Both the position numbers and the translations under genes were made by a program. Positions 38,630 to 50,686 of a DNA stretch of 64,000 nt are shown in pieces (positions within the stretch are counted from its first letter, which is position 1; each line of letters starts with the position of its first letter). The stretch comes from Octopus sinensis (taxonomy: Eukaryota). The notes below the pieces were generated by a model. The model was not told where the DNA came from and did no database searches. It was given only the letters and a program-made list of their open reading frames with translations. The stretch is taken from the NCBI RefSeq assembly GCF_006345805.1, contig NC_042999.1, positions 63,240,001 through 63,304,000 of the forward strand. The letters are read 5' to 3'.

Positions 38630-39120
38630 GGTGCAGGCATGGCTGTGTGGTAAGAAGTTTGCTTCTTACCACACAGCCATAAGGCGCTGAGCTGGCAGAA
38701 ATGTTAGCACGCCGGGCGAAAAGTTTTGTGGTATTTCATCCGCCGTTACGTTCTGAGTTCAAATTCCGCTGAGGTTGACTTTGCCTTTCATCCTTTCAGG
38801 GTCAATAAATTAAGTACCAGTTACGCACTGAGGTAGATGTAATCAACTTAATCCCTTTGTCTGTCCTTGTTTGTCCCCTCAGTGTTTAGCTCCTTGTGGA
38901 CAATAAAGAAATAAGAAATTTGCTTCCTCACCACATAGTTCCATGTTCAGTCCCACTGCATGGCATCTTGGGCAAGTGTTTTCTACTAGCTCAGAAACAA
39001 CCAAAGCTTTATGAGTGTATTTAGTAGATGGAGACTGAAAGAAGCCTGTGTGTGTGTCTCTTTGTGTTTATTCCTCACCATCGCTTGACAACTTTAATAA
39101 CCAGTGTTGGTTTGATCAAC
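38630..39120 (+). mobile_element. SINE A with SINE B (38681-38917) inserted in its head
   Basis: TSD taagaa(g/a)tttgcttc at 38651 and 38912. Confidence 0.85.
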
Positions 39121-39164
39121 CATCAATTCACCTTTTCAAAAAAAAAGGCAACACACTGGACAGT

Positions 39165-39448
39165 CTGAAAATTGCGGCACGGGTGGTTGTGATACCCGTG
39201 TCGGTGGCATGTAAAAAGCACCATCTGAACGTGACCGATGCCAGCGCCACCTTGACTGGCTTCCATGCCGGTGGAACGTAAAAAGCACCCACTACACTCA
39301 TGGAGTGATTGGAGTTAGGAAGGGCATCCAGCTGTAGAAACACTGCCAGATCAGACTGGAGCCTGGTGCAGCATCCTGGCTTCCCAGACCCCAGTCGAAC
39401 TGTCCAACCCATGCTAGCATGGAAAATGGATGTTAAACGATGATGATG
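39165..39448 (+). mobile_element. Family C with 2 modules
   Basis: Consensus match. Confidence 0.85.
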
Positions 39449-39469
39449 AATACTAATAATAATAACTAA

Positions 39470-39795
39470 CTGTCACTCTGTTGGTTATGATGGCGAGTGT
39501 TCCAGTTGATCTGATTGACAGAACAACCTGCTCATGAAATTAACGTGCAAGGGGCTGAGCACTCCACAAACACGTGTACCCTTAATGAAGTTCTCAAGGA
39601 GATTCAGCATGATACAGAATGTAACAAGGACGATCCTTTGCATTACAGGTATAGCTCATTTTTGCCAGCTGAGTGGAATGGAGCTAGGTGGAATAAAGTG
39701 TCTTGTTCAAGGACACAATACATAGCTGGGAATCGAACTCACGACCTTACAATTGTGAGGCAAACACCCTAACCACTAAACCACGTGCCCTCACA
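39470..39795 (-). mobile_element. SINE sharing the family D body with a different tRNA-like head
   Basis: Body is the reverse complement of 35820-35915; head gggcacgtggtttagtggttaggg..gagttcgattccc. Confidence 0.75.
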
Positions 39796-40606
39796 ACAAC
39801 AACAACCATGATAACAATAATAAAGCCTATTTCCAAACTTGAACTTCCTTAAACAATAGTATTTAGTTAATGACAATAACGAACAATATAACAACCCTAT
39901 TAATTTAGCAAAAGAAAAGAATAAAATAAAACATACACAACAGTAGCAAACTAAAAGCTATTTCAAAAGAGTAAATTCCAGTTCTTGACTGAGATAAAAT
40001 TCTGACATTTAAAAATTCCACTGCTATTCCACAGTAACCTCACAGATTTATTTATGTCAGTCTTGCAAAACTGTCAAAAAGAACGCTACCAACCTTTTAA
40101 CATTTACAAAGAATTTTAACTTGCTGATGTCAACTATTTATAAGTTAACCCATATTTTCAGGCAAGTAGTTTCATAATACATGATGTATTTGTAAATAGA
40201 ATGTTATGAATTCCATTAAAGAGAAATGGGTTCAATCTCTGAGATGGATGCTCCACTCCCTCCTCTAATGTAACCAAGCTTGCACAAAAGATTTTAAAAA
40301 ATACTTTATTTAAAAAGACAAGAAAATATTGCAAGATAGAGAGAATTCAATTTAGTGAATTTACTAAAGAAGTCGAATAAATGAAACTGAAGAATTCACA
40401 AACAGAAAGAAAAAAACAAACCTTGAGCTACATATTCTGTGACTAATTCTTTCCCACTGTATTACATAAGACAGTGGCTTTCAGAATTGCTGTAGAAGAC
40501 AAAGTGCCTTGTGCTATTTAACTAAGTCCTTTGATGCTCTCAGGTCCAGTTCTGCCCGTTTTGCTTTTCATTCATTCTTCAGAGGTTGATAAAATACATA
40601 CATGCT

Positions 40607-40862
40607 TCTGGGAAGCCAGAAGGCTGCACCAGGCTCCAGTCTGATCTGGCAGTGTTTCTACAGCTGGATGCCCTTCCTAACGCCAACCACTCCGAGAGAG
40701 CACCCACTACACTCTTGGAGTGGTTGGCGTTAGGAAGGGCATCCAGCTGTAGAAACACTGCCAGATCAGACTGGAGCCTGGTGCAGCCTTCTGGCTTCCC
40801 AGATCCCCGGTTGAACCGTCCAACCCATGCTAGCATGGAGAACGGACGTTAAATGATGATAA
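40607..40862 (+). mobile_element. Family C copy with a 92-bp 5' inverted duplication
   Basis: 40607-40698 is the reverse complement of 40712-40803, one mismatch. Confidence 0.92.
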
Positions 40863-41442
40863 ATGATGACAGTAGGTACAGACATGGCTGCATGGTTAAG
40901 ACTCTCACTTTGCAGCCATGTGAGTTCAGATTCAGTACCACTATGCAGCATCTTAAGTATATTCTACTATAACCCCAGGCTGACCAATGCCTCAAGTGGG
41001 AGTTTGATAGATGTGAGGAACACACTTGTGTGTGTGTGTGTTGGGGGGGGGTGTAGGTATGTATGTGTGCCTTTGTGTTTGTTAACAGGTGTTGGTTTGT
41101 TTACATCCCTGTAACTTAGCAGTTCAGCAAAAGAGATGGATAGATGTACCAGACTTTAAAATAAGTACAGGGGTCAATTTGTTTGTCCAAAACCTCTCAA
41201 GGTGGTGCTGCTGCATGGATATAATAGTTCAACAAGTAAAAGGTGTATGCAAGAAGGTTGTACCTCACTATGGCAGTGTCAATGCTTTTGTTTTGTTTTT
41301 GCCATGGTACAACAACAAAATACCTCCAAAACAAAAACAAACAAGAATAATCAGAAGAAATACTTGATTCAATATTAGCTATTAAAAACTTTTAAGAACT
41401 TTCTCGACAACAACTGACGTTAGCATTTTAATGTATTACTAG

Positions 41443-42300
41443 CAGCATGATGTGGTTGTGTGGTAAGAAGCTTGCAGAAACGAGCTGGTGAGTTAGCAGA
41501 AATGTTAGCATACCAAGCGAAATGCCTAATGGTATTTTGTCTGCTGTTACATTCTGAGTTCAAATTCCACCGAGGTCGACTTTGCCTTTCATCCTTTCGG
41601 GGTCGATAAATTAAGCACCAGTTACGCACTGGGGTCGATGTAATCGACTATATCCCTTTGTCTGTCCCCTCTATGTTTAGCCCCTTGTGGACAATAAAGA
41701 AATAAGAAACGTTAGCATGCTGGGCGAAATGCCTAGCGGTATTTTGTCTGCCATTACGTTCTGAGTTCAAATTCCGCCGAGGTCGACTTTGCCTTTCATC
41801 CTTTCGGGGTCGATAAATTAAGCACCAGTTATGCACTGGAGTCGATCTAATCAACTTAATCCCTTTGTGTGTCCTTGTTTGTCCCCTCTATGTTTAGCCC
41901 CTTGTGGGCAATAAAGAAATAAGAAGCTTGCTTCCCAACCACATGGTTCTGGGTTCAGTCCCACTGCATAGAACCTTAGGCAAGTGTCTTCTATTGTAGC
42001 CACAGGCCAACCAATGCCTTGTGAATGGATTTGGTAGATGGAAACTGAAAGAAGCCTGTTGTGTCATGTGCATGTGTCTTTGTGTGTTTGCCCCCCCCCC
42101 ACCACCACCACTGTTTGACAACTGGTGCAAATGTATTGTTTACATCCTTGTAACTTAGCAGTTCAGCAAAAGAGAGTGATAGAATAAGTACTTGGCTTTA
42201 AAATAATAAGTACTGGAGTCAATACATTCGACTAAAATTCTTCAAAGCGGTGCCCCAGCATGGCCACAGTCTAATAACTGAAACAAGCAAAACATAAAAG
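41443..42300 (+). mobile_element. SINE A with a SINE B dimer (41476-41922) inserted
   Basis: TSD taagaagcttgc at 41464-41475 and 41920-41931. Confidence 0.88.
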
Positions 42301-42396
42301 TACTGCGATCACTATAATTCATGAACCCCTCCCTCAAAATTTCAGACCTTGTACCTATAGTAGAAATCATTGTCATCATCATCATTATTATAATTA

Positions 42397-42995
42397 AGGC
42401 AGTGAACTAGCAGAGTCATTAGCGTACTGGACAAAATGCTTAGCACCATTTCTTTCGATTCTCAGTTCAAGTTCCACCAAGGTCAATTTTGCCTTTTATC
42501 CTTTCAATAAAATAAGCTCCAGTCAAGTACTAGTTTTGGTATAATTAACTATCCCTTTGCCTAAAATTGCAGGCCTTTTGGCAGAATTTGAAATCATCAT
42601 CATTATTATTTTTATTAGTAGTGTTGTTCTTAAGGCGGTGAGCCGGCAGGACAGTAAGAGCATTGAACAAAATGTCCAACATTTCTTTGGGATCATTATG
42701 TTCTGAGTGCAAATTCCACTAATGTTGACTTAATCATCCTTTCAAAGTTGATAAAACAAGTACTGGGGTTCATATAATTGACTTGCCCGCTTCATTCAAA
42801 ATTGCAGGTCTTGTGCCAAATTTAGAAAGAATTTTTATTGTAATAACTAAGGTGACAAGTTGGCAGAATAATTAGTGCATTGGACAAAATTCTTCGCAGC
42901 ATTTCTTCCATATCTTTTGATTCTGACTTTAAATTCCATGAAGGTTGAATTTACTTTCCATCTTTACGGGGTTGATAAAATAAAGTACTAGTCAA
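42397..42995 (+). mobile_element. Three tandem decayed SINE B copies
   Basis: aagg..gtga..tggcag heads at ~42397, ~42632 and ~42850. Confidence 0.7.
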
Positions 42996-43219
42996 GACAT
43001 AATCTAGAACTATTTGACATCTATTTCTAGTAGGTCAAGTAACCATCCAGGGGTTTCCTCATTTCTGATGTTGCAGTCTTCATAAGCTTCTAGGTAAGCA
43101 AAGTTTATGAGCTGGATTCAGTTTGTCATATGAAGTAATTTTGCTTTGCTTACATCACTAATACATTTGGAATAAACAGAAATATTTTGCTCTCTTGAAT
43201 TCCCCTTTAAATCACTTAA

Positions 43220-43439
43220 CCCTTTCATTACTGTATTTATTTTGAAATGCTCTGTGTTTCTTTCAATTATTTTAAATATAACAAAGAATTTAGTAAAATA
43301 ACTTAGTTATCATTCAGCTAGTGTTAGGAACATAAATTGTGACTAAGGTTTGGTGGAAGATTTTAATTCAGAACTTTTGAAAACAAGACATTTGTACTCA
43401 GAACCAGCGACAGTTTCAGCTGGGTTTGTAATGAAAGGG
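43220..43439. mobile_element. piggyBac-like MITE
   Basis: TTAA|ccctttcattac ... gtaatgaaaggg|TTAA. Confidence 0.88.
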
Positions 43440-44288
43440 TTAAGCAGCCTCTCTAAGCAAACTGTTATTCACTTTAACCCCAAACAATACACTTAACTGT
43501 TTAAGCCACCTTGGAATAGCTTTACACAACATTATTCTTCTGAAAAGGTAAGACTGTCTACATAAAATTTTCAAGGACAAAGAGAAGTCAGCTTGGTCTA
43601 ATGGTAGTGGGGGAGAGAAAAACTTCAGATTTAGAGTAGATATTGCTAAGCCCTAGAAATTAAGGCACCACAAGTCATCAAAAGACTATTCTGCAAAGTT
43701 TTAAAATTGAGAAAGGCAATTTTAATATCCTTTACAAGTTCTTATGTTACATCATCATAATTTCATGTCCATTTTTCTATGCTTGCATGAGTCAGACAGA
43801 ATATGTTGAAACAGATTTTCTACAGTCAATGACCTTCCTGTCACTAACCCTCACCTGTTTCTCAGCAAGGTAACATTTTTCCATAGTTAGACATGCTTTT
43901 CATAGAAGACTGGAGACAAACAACCTCACTTGTATGAAGATGATGCTCAATTACAATCATGACATGAAGTTCAGACAAGAGTACACACAAACACATACAA
44001 TAGATTTCTTTCAGTTTCCGTCGTCCAAATCCACTCACAAGACTTGGGTCAGCCTGAGTCTATTGTAGAAGACACTTGCCCAAGGTGTTATGTAGTGGAA
44101 CTGAACCCTAGATAACATTGTAGGGAATCGTGCTTAACTATACAGCCACACTTGTTCATGAATAATTAAACTGCTGATTTGCCTCCTAAATAAATTTTGT
44201 CATTAGAATAGAATGCCTTGCAATATTTGTTCTGGCTTTCAGAGTTCAAATTCTACCAAAGTCAACATTGCCTTTCACACATTTAGAG

Positions 44289-44932
44289 CAGCAGTTCTCA
44301 ACCATTTTTTTTTTCATACAGACTCTTTTGATTCCTATTTTACTTGGATGAACTGTCCTAGCCATTTGATGTTGCAAAACATCATATTTCATTTCTATAC
44401 TCTTTTACTCGTTTCAGTCATTTGACTGCGGCCATGCTAGAGCGCCGTCTTTAGTCAAGCAAATCGACCCCAGGACTTATTCTTTGTAAGCCTAGTACTT
44501 ATTCTATCGGTCTCTTTTGCCGAAACACTAGTTATGGGGACGTTAACACACCAGCATCGGTTGTCGAGCGATGTTGGGGGGACAAACACAGACATACAAA
44601 CATATATACACACATACGACGGGCTTCTTTCAGTTTCCGTCTACCAAATCCACTCACAAGGCTTTGGTTGGCTTGAGGTTATAGTAGAAGACACTTGCCC
44701 AAGGTGCCACGCAGTGGGATTGAACCCAGAACCATGTGGTTGGTAAGCAAGCTACTTACCACACAGCCACTCCTGCGCCTAAATAAATATTATTAGGAAT
44801 TGTATAAAAAAAAAATTGTTAAAATATTTTGTGTATCACTTTAGTATAACCAATTTATTACACATTAATTTTAACAACAAAATTCTATGTGAACCCTCAG
44901 GAGTCAAAGTGGACCCTGGTCGAGAACCACTG
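44289..44932. mobile_element. hAT-like MITE with nested SINE A (44397-44780, minus)
   Basis: cagcagttctc / gagaaccactg TIRs; 8-bp TSD atttagag / attttgag. Confidence 0.75.
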
Positions 44933-44954
44933 ATTTTGAGCTTGATAAATAAAG

Positions 44955-45465
44955 TATGAAAGACCGAGACCTGTGGAGATATGCTGTGACTTCGAAGACC
45001 CGACAAATGAAGTGAGCTCATGGTTCACAAGACAGCCTGCTGTGCTAACCTTGGATCGTAGAGTGACCTGCTGTGCTTGAGGAGACCTACTGAGTCAAGA
45101 ACATCAACATCAAAATAAAAATTCAAATGGAAATTGCAGTCAAGACACCCGTGCCGGTGACACATAAAAAGCGCCGTCCAAACGTGGCAGATGCCAGCAC
45201 TGCCTGACTAGCGTCCGTGTCGGTGACACGTAAAAGCACCAACTGATCATGGCCGTTTGCCAGCCTGCTCTGGCCCCTGTGCCGGTGGCACGTAAAAAGC
45301 ACCCACGACACTCATGGAGCGGTTGGCGTTAGGAAGGGCATCCAGCTGTAGAAACACTGCCAAATCAGACTAGAGCCCAATGCAGCCTCCATGGCTTACC
45401 AGACCCCGGTCGAACTGTCCAACCCATGCTAGTGTGGAAAACGGACGTTAAATGATGATGATGAT
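44955..45465 (+). mobile_element. RTE LINE 3' end: ORF end KDRDLWRYAV followed by family C modules
   Basis: aaagaccgagacctgtggagatatgctgtg = KDRDLWRYAV; 3 modules; (gat)n tail. Confidence 0.8.
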
Positions 45466-46502
45466 TTCTCAAGAAAAATATCAAATATTAAGTACGCTCC
45501 ATAGGAAAACATTAAAAAGAGGGTAACATATGGTTACTGAATTACCAAAATAGGTCATGATGGTAAAAGTTTGGGAGCTTCTGACATAGAAGAAAATGTT
45601 TTTTATGAGCACAAAAGGTGTTCCCAGTGTTTGAGACAGGTTTAAGGAACAAAAGCTGTAGAGTGGGATAATGTCAGTGTGTGTGTTGTGGTAGTAGTGA
45701 CAGTTAGGCTAATTGGTGCTACTTCCATACAAATATATTTTGAGTATATACATGGCTTGTTTCACTAGATAGCATGCATGCATATGTGTGTGTGTGAGTG
45801 TATCTGTGAATGTGTGCATGTGTCAGCAAGTGCATGGGTGCACACACACACACATATCTGGCATACACAAGCATACCTAGTATAAGTATGTGTGTGTACG
45901 ATTGCACACACACACACACACACTCAGTAGTTGTAAAAGACAGAAAGACAGATTAAGTAGCTAGTTCAATACCAGCAACATGATTGAATTCAAGCTGTAC
46001 TATCACTGTGTAGTTTCTGAGCAAGGAACATGAAAAAATTCATTTCCCTCAGTTATAAAAAAAAAAAAAAGAAATCCCCTCTCAATTTAGTTCCAGTTAG
46101 TAGCACAGTAACAAAGTATATATACAAATATGACCATTTGCTTCTAAAATCTAATATGCAAATAACAGAATTTGCAAAACTAGGAAAAATAGAAGTAAAA
46201 TAATTAAATTCTTTGTTGTTGTTCTCTTTTTTTTTTTAAAGTTATGTGGTTAGTAGTTAATATGTTGAAGAAGTAATTTTAAAAAGTTCTATTTTAACAA
46301 CTTTGTGTTACACTATATATATAAATGTCCTCTTTTTTTTTTCGCCGAAATCAGAAGATGAGGAGCTGCACTTCCAGGCTTTGTAGGCTCTCCCAGACAA
46401 TTACTACACAATGTACAAAACTCAAGCATAACTGTGCGGTTGAAAGTTTATTTAGCAACCAAACAATCAAGCCTGCAGTTTGATATATGCATATATATAT
46501 AT

Positions 46503-47122
46503 AAACAATTGCAGCGTGGAAGGTGTTTATAAGCCATTTAAGAAACACACAAAATCCAAAAGATTCACTTCAACATTTAAATTTCATTTGTCAAAATTGC
46601 TTTGAGACCGCGACCTGTTCATTGACAAAACATCAGAGATGAAGCACAAAGTTTTGTCAAAGCGACGAAAATATTTTGACAAATTAAATTTAAATGTTGA
46701 AGTGAATCTAACGGATTTTGTGTGTTTCTAAAATGGCTTATAAACACCTTCCGCACTGCAATTGTTTTTGTTCCAGCACACAATCTCAGATCAGGTCATT
46801 TGCTATGCAAGTACATCTCCATAATATATATATTATATATATATATATAAACAATTGCAGCATGGCAGGTGCTTATAAGCCATTTAAAAACACACAAAAA
46901 CCATCAGATTCACTTCAATATTTAAATTTAATTTGTCAAAATAGTTTCGTTGCTTTGAAACTGCGACCTGTCCACCGACAAAATTCTGTGCTGCATCTGC
47001 ATTTTGTCAGTGAACAGGTCATGGTTTTTGTGTTTTTAAATGGCTTATAAACACCTTCACACTGCAATTGTTTTTGTTTCAGCACAAAATCTCAGATCAA
47101 GTCACTTGCTATGCAAGTACAT
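46503..47122. mobile_element. Tandem pair (346-bp period) of palindromic Penelope/retrozyme-like units
   Basis: Unit 1 46503-46821 (palindrome 46503-46767), unit 2 46849-47122, separated by (TA)n; four partial hammerhead-like motifs. Confidence 0.75.
46932..46983 (-). ncRNA. Hammerhead-like motif with G3:C8-swapped core (best single copy)
   Basis: ttttgtcg-GTGGACA-g-gtcgc-agtttcaaa-gcaac-GAAA-ctattt-tgacaaa; sister arms show GTGAACA (47010-47016) and gcgacGAAAatattt (46662-46676). Confidence 0.5.
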
Positions 47123-47135
47123 TGCGGTAATAACA

Positions 47136-47182
47136 CAGTAGTACCTCAGTTTTCGAACAACTCTGATCGCGAATAAATTGTG

Positions 47183-47225
<43 letters not shown>

Positions 47226-47317
47226 ACATATACATACATACATTACATTGACAGATAGATGTAGATATATATAAAGCATGATTTATTTGTGATCAGAGCA
47301 TTTGTAAACCAAGGTTC

Positions 47318-47322
<5 letters not shown>
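47136..47322. mobile_element. Tigger/pogo-like MITE around a (TA)n tract
   Basis: cagtagtacctcagttttcgaac..ctctgatcgcgaataaat and its decayed reverse complement atttatttgtgatcagag..aaaccaaggttctacta. Confidence 0.65.
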
Positions 47323-47375
<53 letters not shown>

Positions 47376-47804
47376 GACCCTCCATGTTTGTTTTCATTCA
47401 GTTTTCTTGTATGTCTCCACTGTCATGTTTTTGTTCCCAACTTTGATCCTCCATAAATCATAAATTTTATTTAAGAATTCATGGGAGCAACTGTCTTTGA
47501 AAACTTATTGTCATTGAATGCTTGAAATGAGGAGTAGATAGACAGCCAACAACTGATGAAGGGTCCTTTCTCTGTGTTTACTTGTCCAGTTCTTTATTTT
47601 CCTCATTTATGTATTTAGCACGTTTGTTTAAGTATTTCATGTAGTTTGAACTGTTGGTGATGTCCTGTACCCAATATATATATAGACATATATAGTTTAA
47701 GTCATAAGAAATTAAAAAGTTTGGAAGACAAAAAATAAATTGTTTTTTAACAGTGGAATTTGAGGTTGATAAAGTTATAAATAATAGTATCTAAGTATTG
47801 GGTT

Positions 47805-48085
47805 GTGGAGGCAAATGACCTAGTGGTTAGAGCAGCAGACTCATGGTCGAAGGGTCACAGGTTCAAATCTCAGACCAAGCGATGTGTGTATTTTTGAGCG
47901 AAACACCTAAGCTCCACGCAAACTTCTGCTGTCTCTTTCGTCACAACTTTCTCTCACTCTTTCCTCCTGCATCTTGCAGCTCACCTGCGACAGGACCGGC
48001 GTCCCGTTGAGGGGGATAACCTATATGCCAAAGAAACTGGGAAACCAGCCCTAATAAGCCAGTGTGGCTTGAGAAGGAACAAGCA
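47805..48085 (+). mobile_element. SINE family D
   Basis: Matches the 28916 copy. Confidence 0.82.
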
Positions 48086-49760
48086 AGTATTGGATAGAAA
48101 AAAGTTTGACCCAATATTTATGCACTGTAAGGCAATAAACTGGTGGAATTGTTAGCAAAATGCTTTGCAGCATTTGTTCCGTCTTTATGTTCTGAGTTCA
48201 AATTTCACCAAGGTCAATTTTACCTTTCATTTTTTTTTTTTAGAGATGGGGGTGATAAATTAAGAACCAGCTGAACACTGGGTCAATGTAATCAACTTAT
48301 CCCGCTTTCTGAAATTGCTGGTCTTGTGCAAAAATTTGAAATTAATATTTATACATTGTTATTTATAGCTTTATTTACTTCAAGTTTCACCATTAAAAAC
48401 ATTTTATACACAAACACACACGTATTTCTGTATGTATGTGTGTGCATACGTGTGAAAGTTGTTGCCATGAGCCCTCGTTAATACTGCCTCAATGAAAAAT
48501 GGTCTTTGTTTAGACTCCTTCACTTTTTGGTAAGCAAACATCCCCAAATTTCACTTTCAAAGTATAAGGACTAATGGAAAGTTCCTTACTTGGAAAATTA
48601 GTAAAGGTTGGGTGACAGAGAGAGCATCCAACTATAGAAAATCTACCTTAATAAGTTTCATCTAACCCAGATCAGCATGGAAAAGAAAATACAGACATAG
48701 AAACAAATGAATAATGATGAAACAAAGCACACCACAATAAAACTGGACGAATGGGAAATTCTTCTAGCATGTGGTTGATTAAATTGAATAAATCAAACTG
48801 TTCACTTTGCGTTAAACTCATACAGCCATGGGCTAATGAGAGAGCTTGTGCTTTTCTCTATTCTTTACATTGGAATGGTCTATAATACAGAATTTTTCTA
48901 TGCTATCAATTTTGCTGTGAATGGCAGTATTTGGTTATAATCCTTTACATTCTGAGATCAAATCCTATCCATAACAAAACCGGCTTCCATCTTTTTGAGG
49001 TCTATAAAACACAGTAAATGTCTCTAATCTGGTACTTGAATAACTGGAACTCTCAAGTATCAGACACCCAGAAAGAAAAATAAAAGAAAATATGTTGTTA
49101 ATTAGAGTCAAGAGAATTTGAGCTAATTGGTGTTAATTAATTAATTGTCATTGAAAGAATGTTTCTACTCTATCTAAAATGGATCATTGCTTTTCAAAAT
49201 ATAGTAGAAGTATTTTATTTTACTGCATTGACAGTACCTGTATTTAGATTAATAAAAACATCTTTCCCTGGCCCCTGAGAATAGTAGCAGTCCAATGAAA
49301 TCAGTAAAATAATATATATAAATACATGGAGTTAGGAATGGCATCCAGCCGTAGAATTCATGCCGAAGCAGACAGGAGAGCATGCTGCAGTCTTCTGACT
49401 TGTTAGATCCTATTGAACTATCAAACCCATACAAGCATGGAAAACGGATGTTTGATGACGACGATGATGATGATGCATACATACATACATACATACACAG
49501 AATGTGTTGTAATAATTGTTAGCTTTCATAATTATCCTAGTGTCCTATCCTTCAGTAAGGTGCCTAACTTTGCTTGCTCCAGATTCTTTGAGGAGATAAA
49601 GATAAAAAAAAAAAAGCTCTATTCCAATTTTGTGATTAAGAGGTCACTAGTAAGAAGGACATCAAGCTGCACAGAAATCCAACTCCCACCCTTAGCAACA
49701 TAAGAGAATGAAAAACTGCATATATTTGTGTGCATGTGTTGTATACATATATACATACAT

Positions 49761-49769
<9 letters not shown>

Positions 49770-49809
<40 letters not shown>

Positions 49810-50158
49810 CATATACATATATATATAGACATATACATATATATATATATATAGAATATATATATATATATATAGACATATACATATATATATATATAGG
49901 ACATATATATAATATATATAGACATATATATATATATATATATATATAGACATATATATATATATATATGACATATATATATATATAGATAGACATATAT
50001 ATATATATATATATAGACATATATATATATATATATATAGAATATATATATATAGACATATATATATATATCTATATAGACATATAATATATAGACATAT
50101 ATATATATATATATAGATATATATATATATAGACATATATATATATATATATATAGAC

Positions 50159-50189
<31 letters not shown>

Positions 50190-50321
50190 TTATATATATA
50201 TTATAGACATATATATATATATATATATATATAGACATATATATATATATAGACATATATATATAGATATATATAGACATATATATTATATATATATAGA
50301 CATAATATATATATATATATA

Positions 50322-50367
<46 letters not shown>

Positions 50368-50427
50368 ATATATATATATATATAGATATATAATATATAT
50401 AGACATATATATATATATATATTATAT

Positions 50428-50458
<31 letters not shown>

Positions 50459-50686
50459 TATAGACATATATATAATATATATATATAATATATAGACATA
50501 TATATATATAGACATATATATATTATATATATATATATATGACATATATATATATATATATATATATAGACATATATCTATATATATATATATATAGACA
50601 TATAATATATATATAGATATATATATATATTATATATATACATATACACATATAGACATATACATATATATATATATACATATACA
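49770..50686. repeat. ~900 bp compound (TA)n satellite punctuated by GAC
   Basis: Recurring gaca(ta)n units. Confidence 0.97.
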
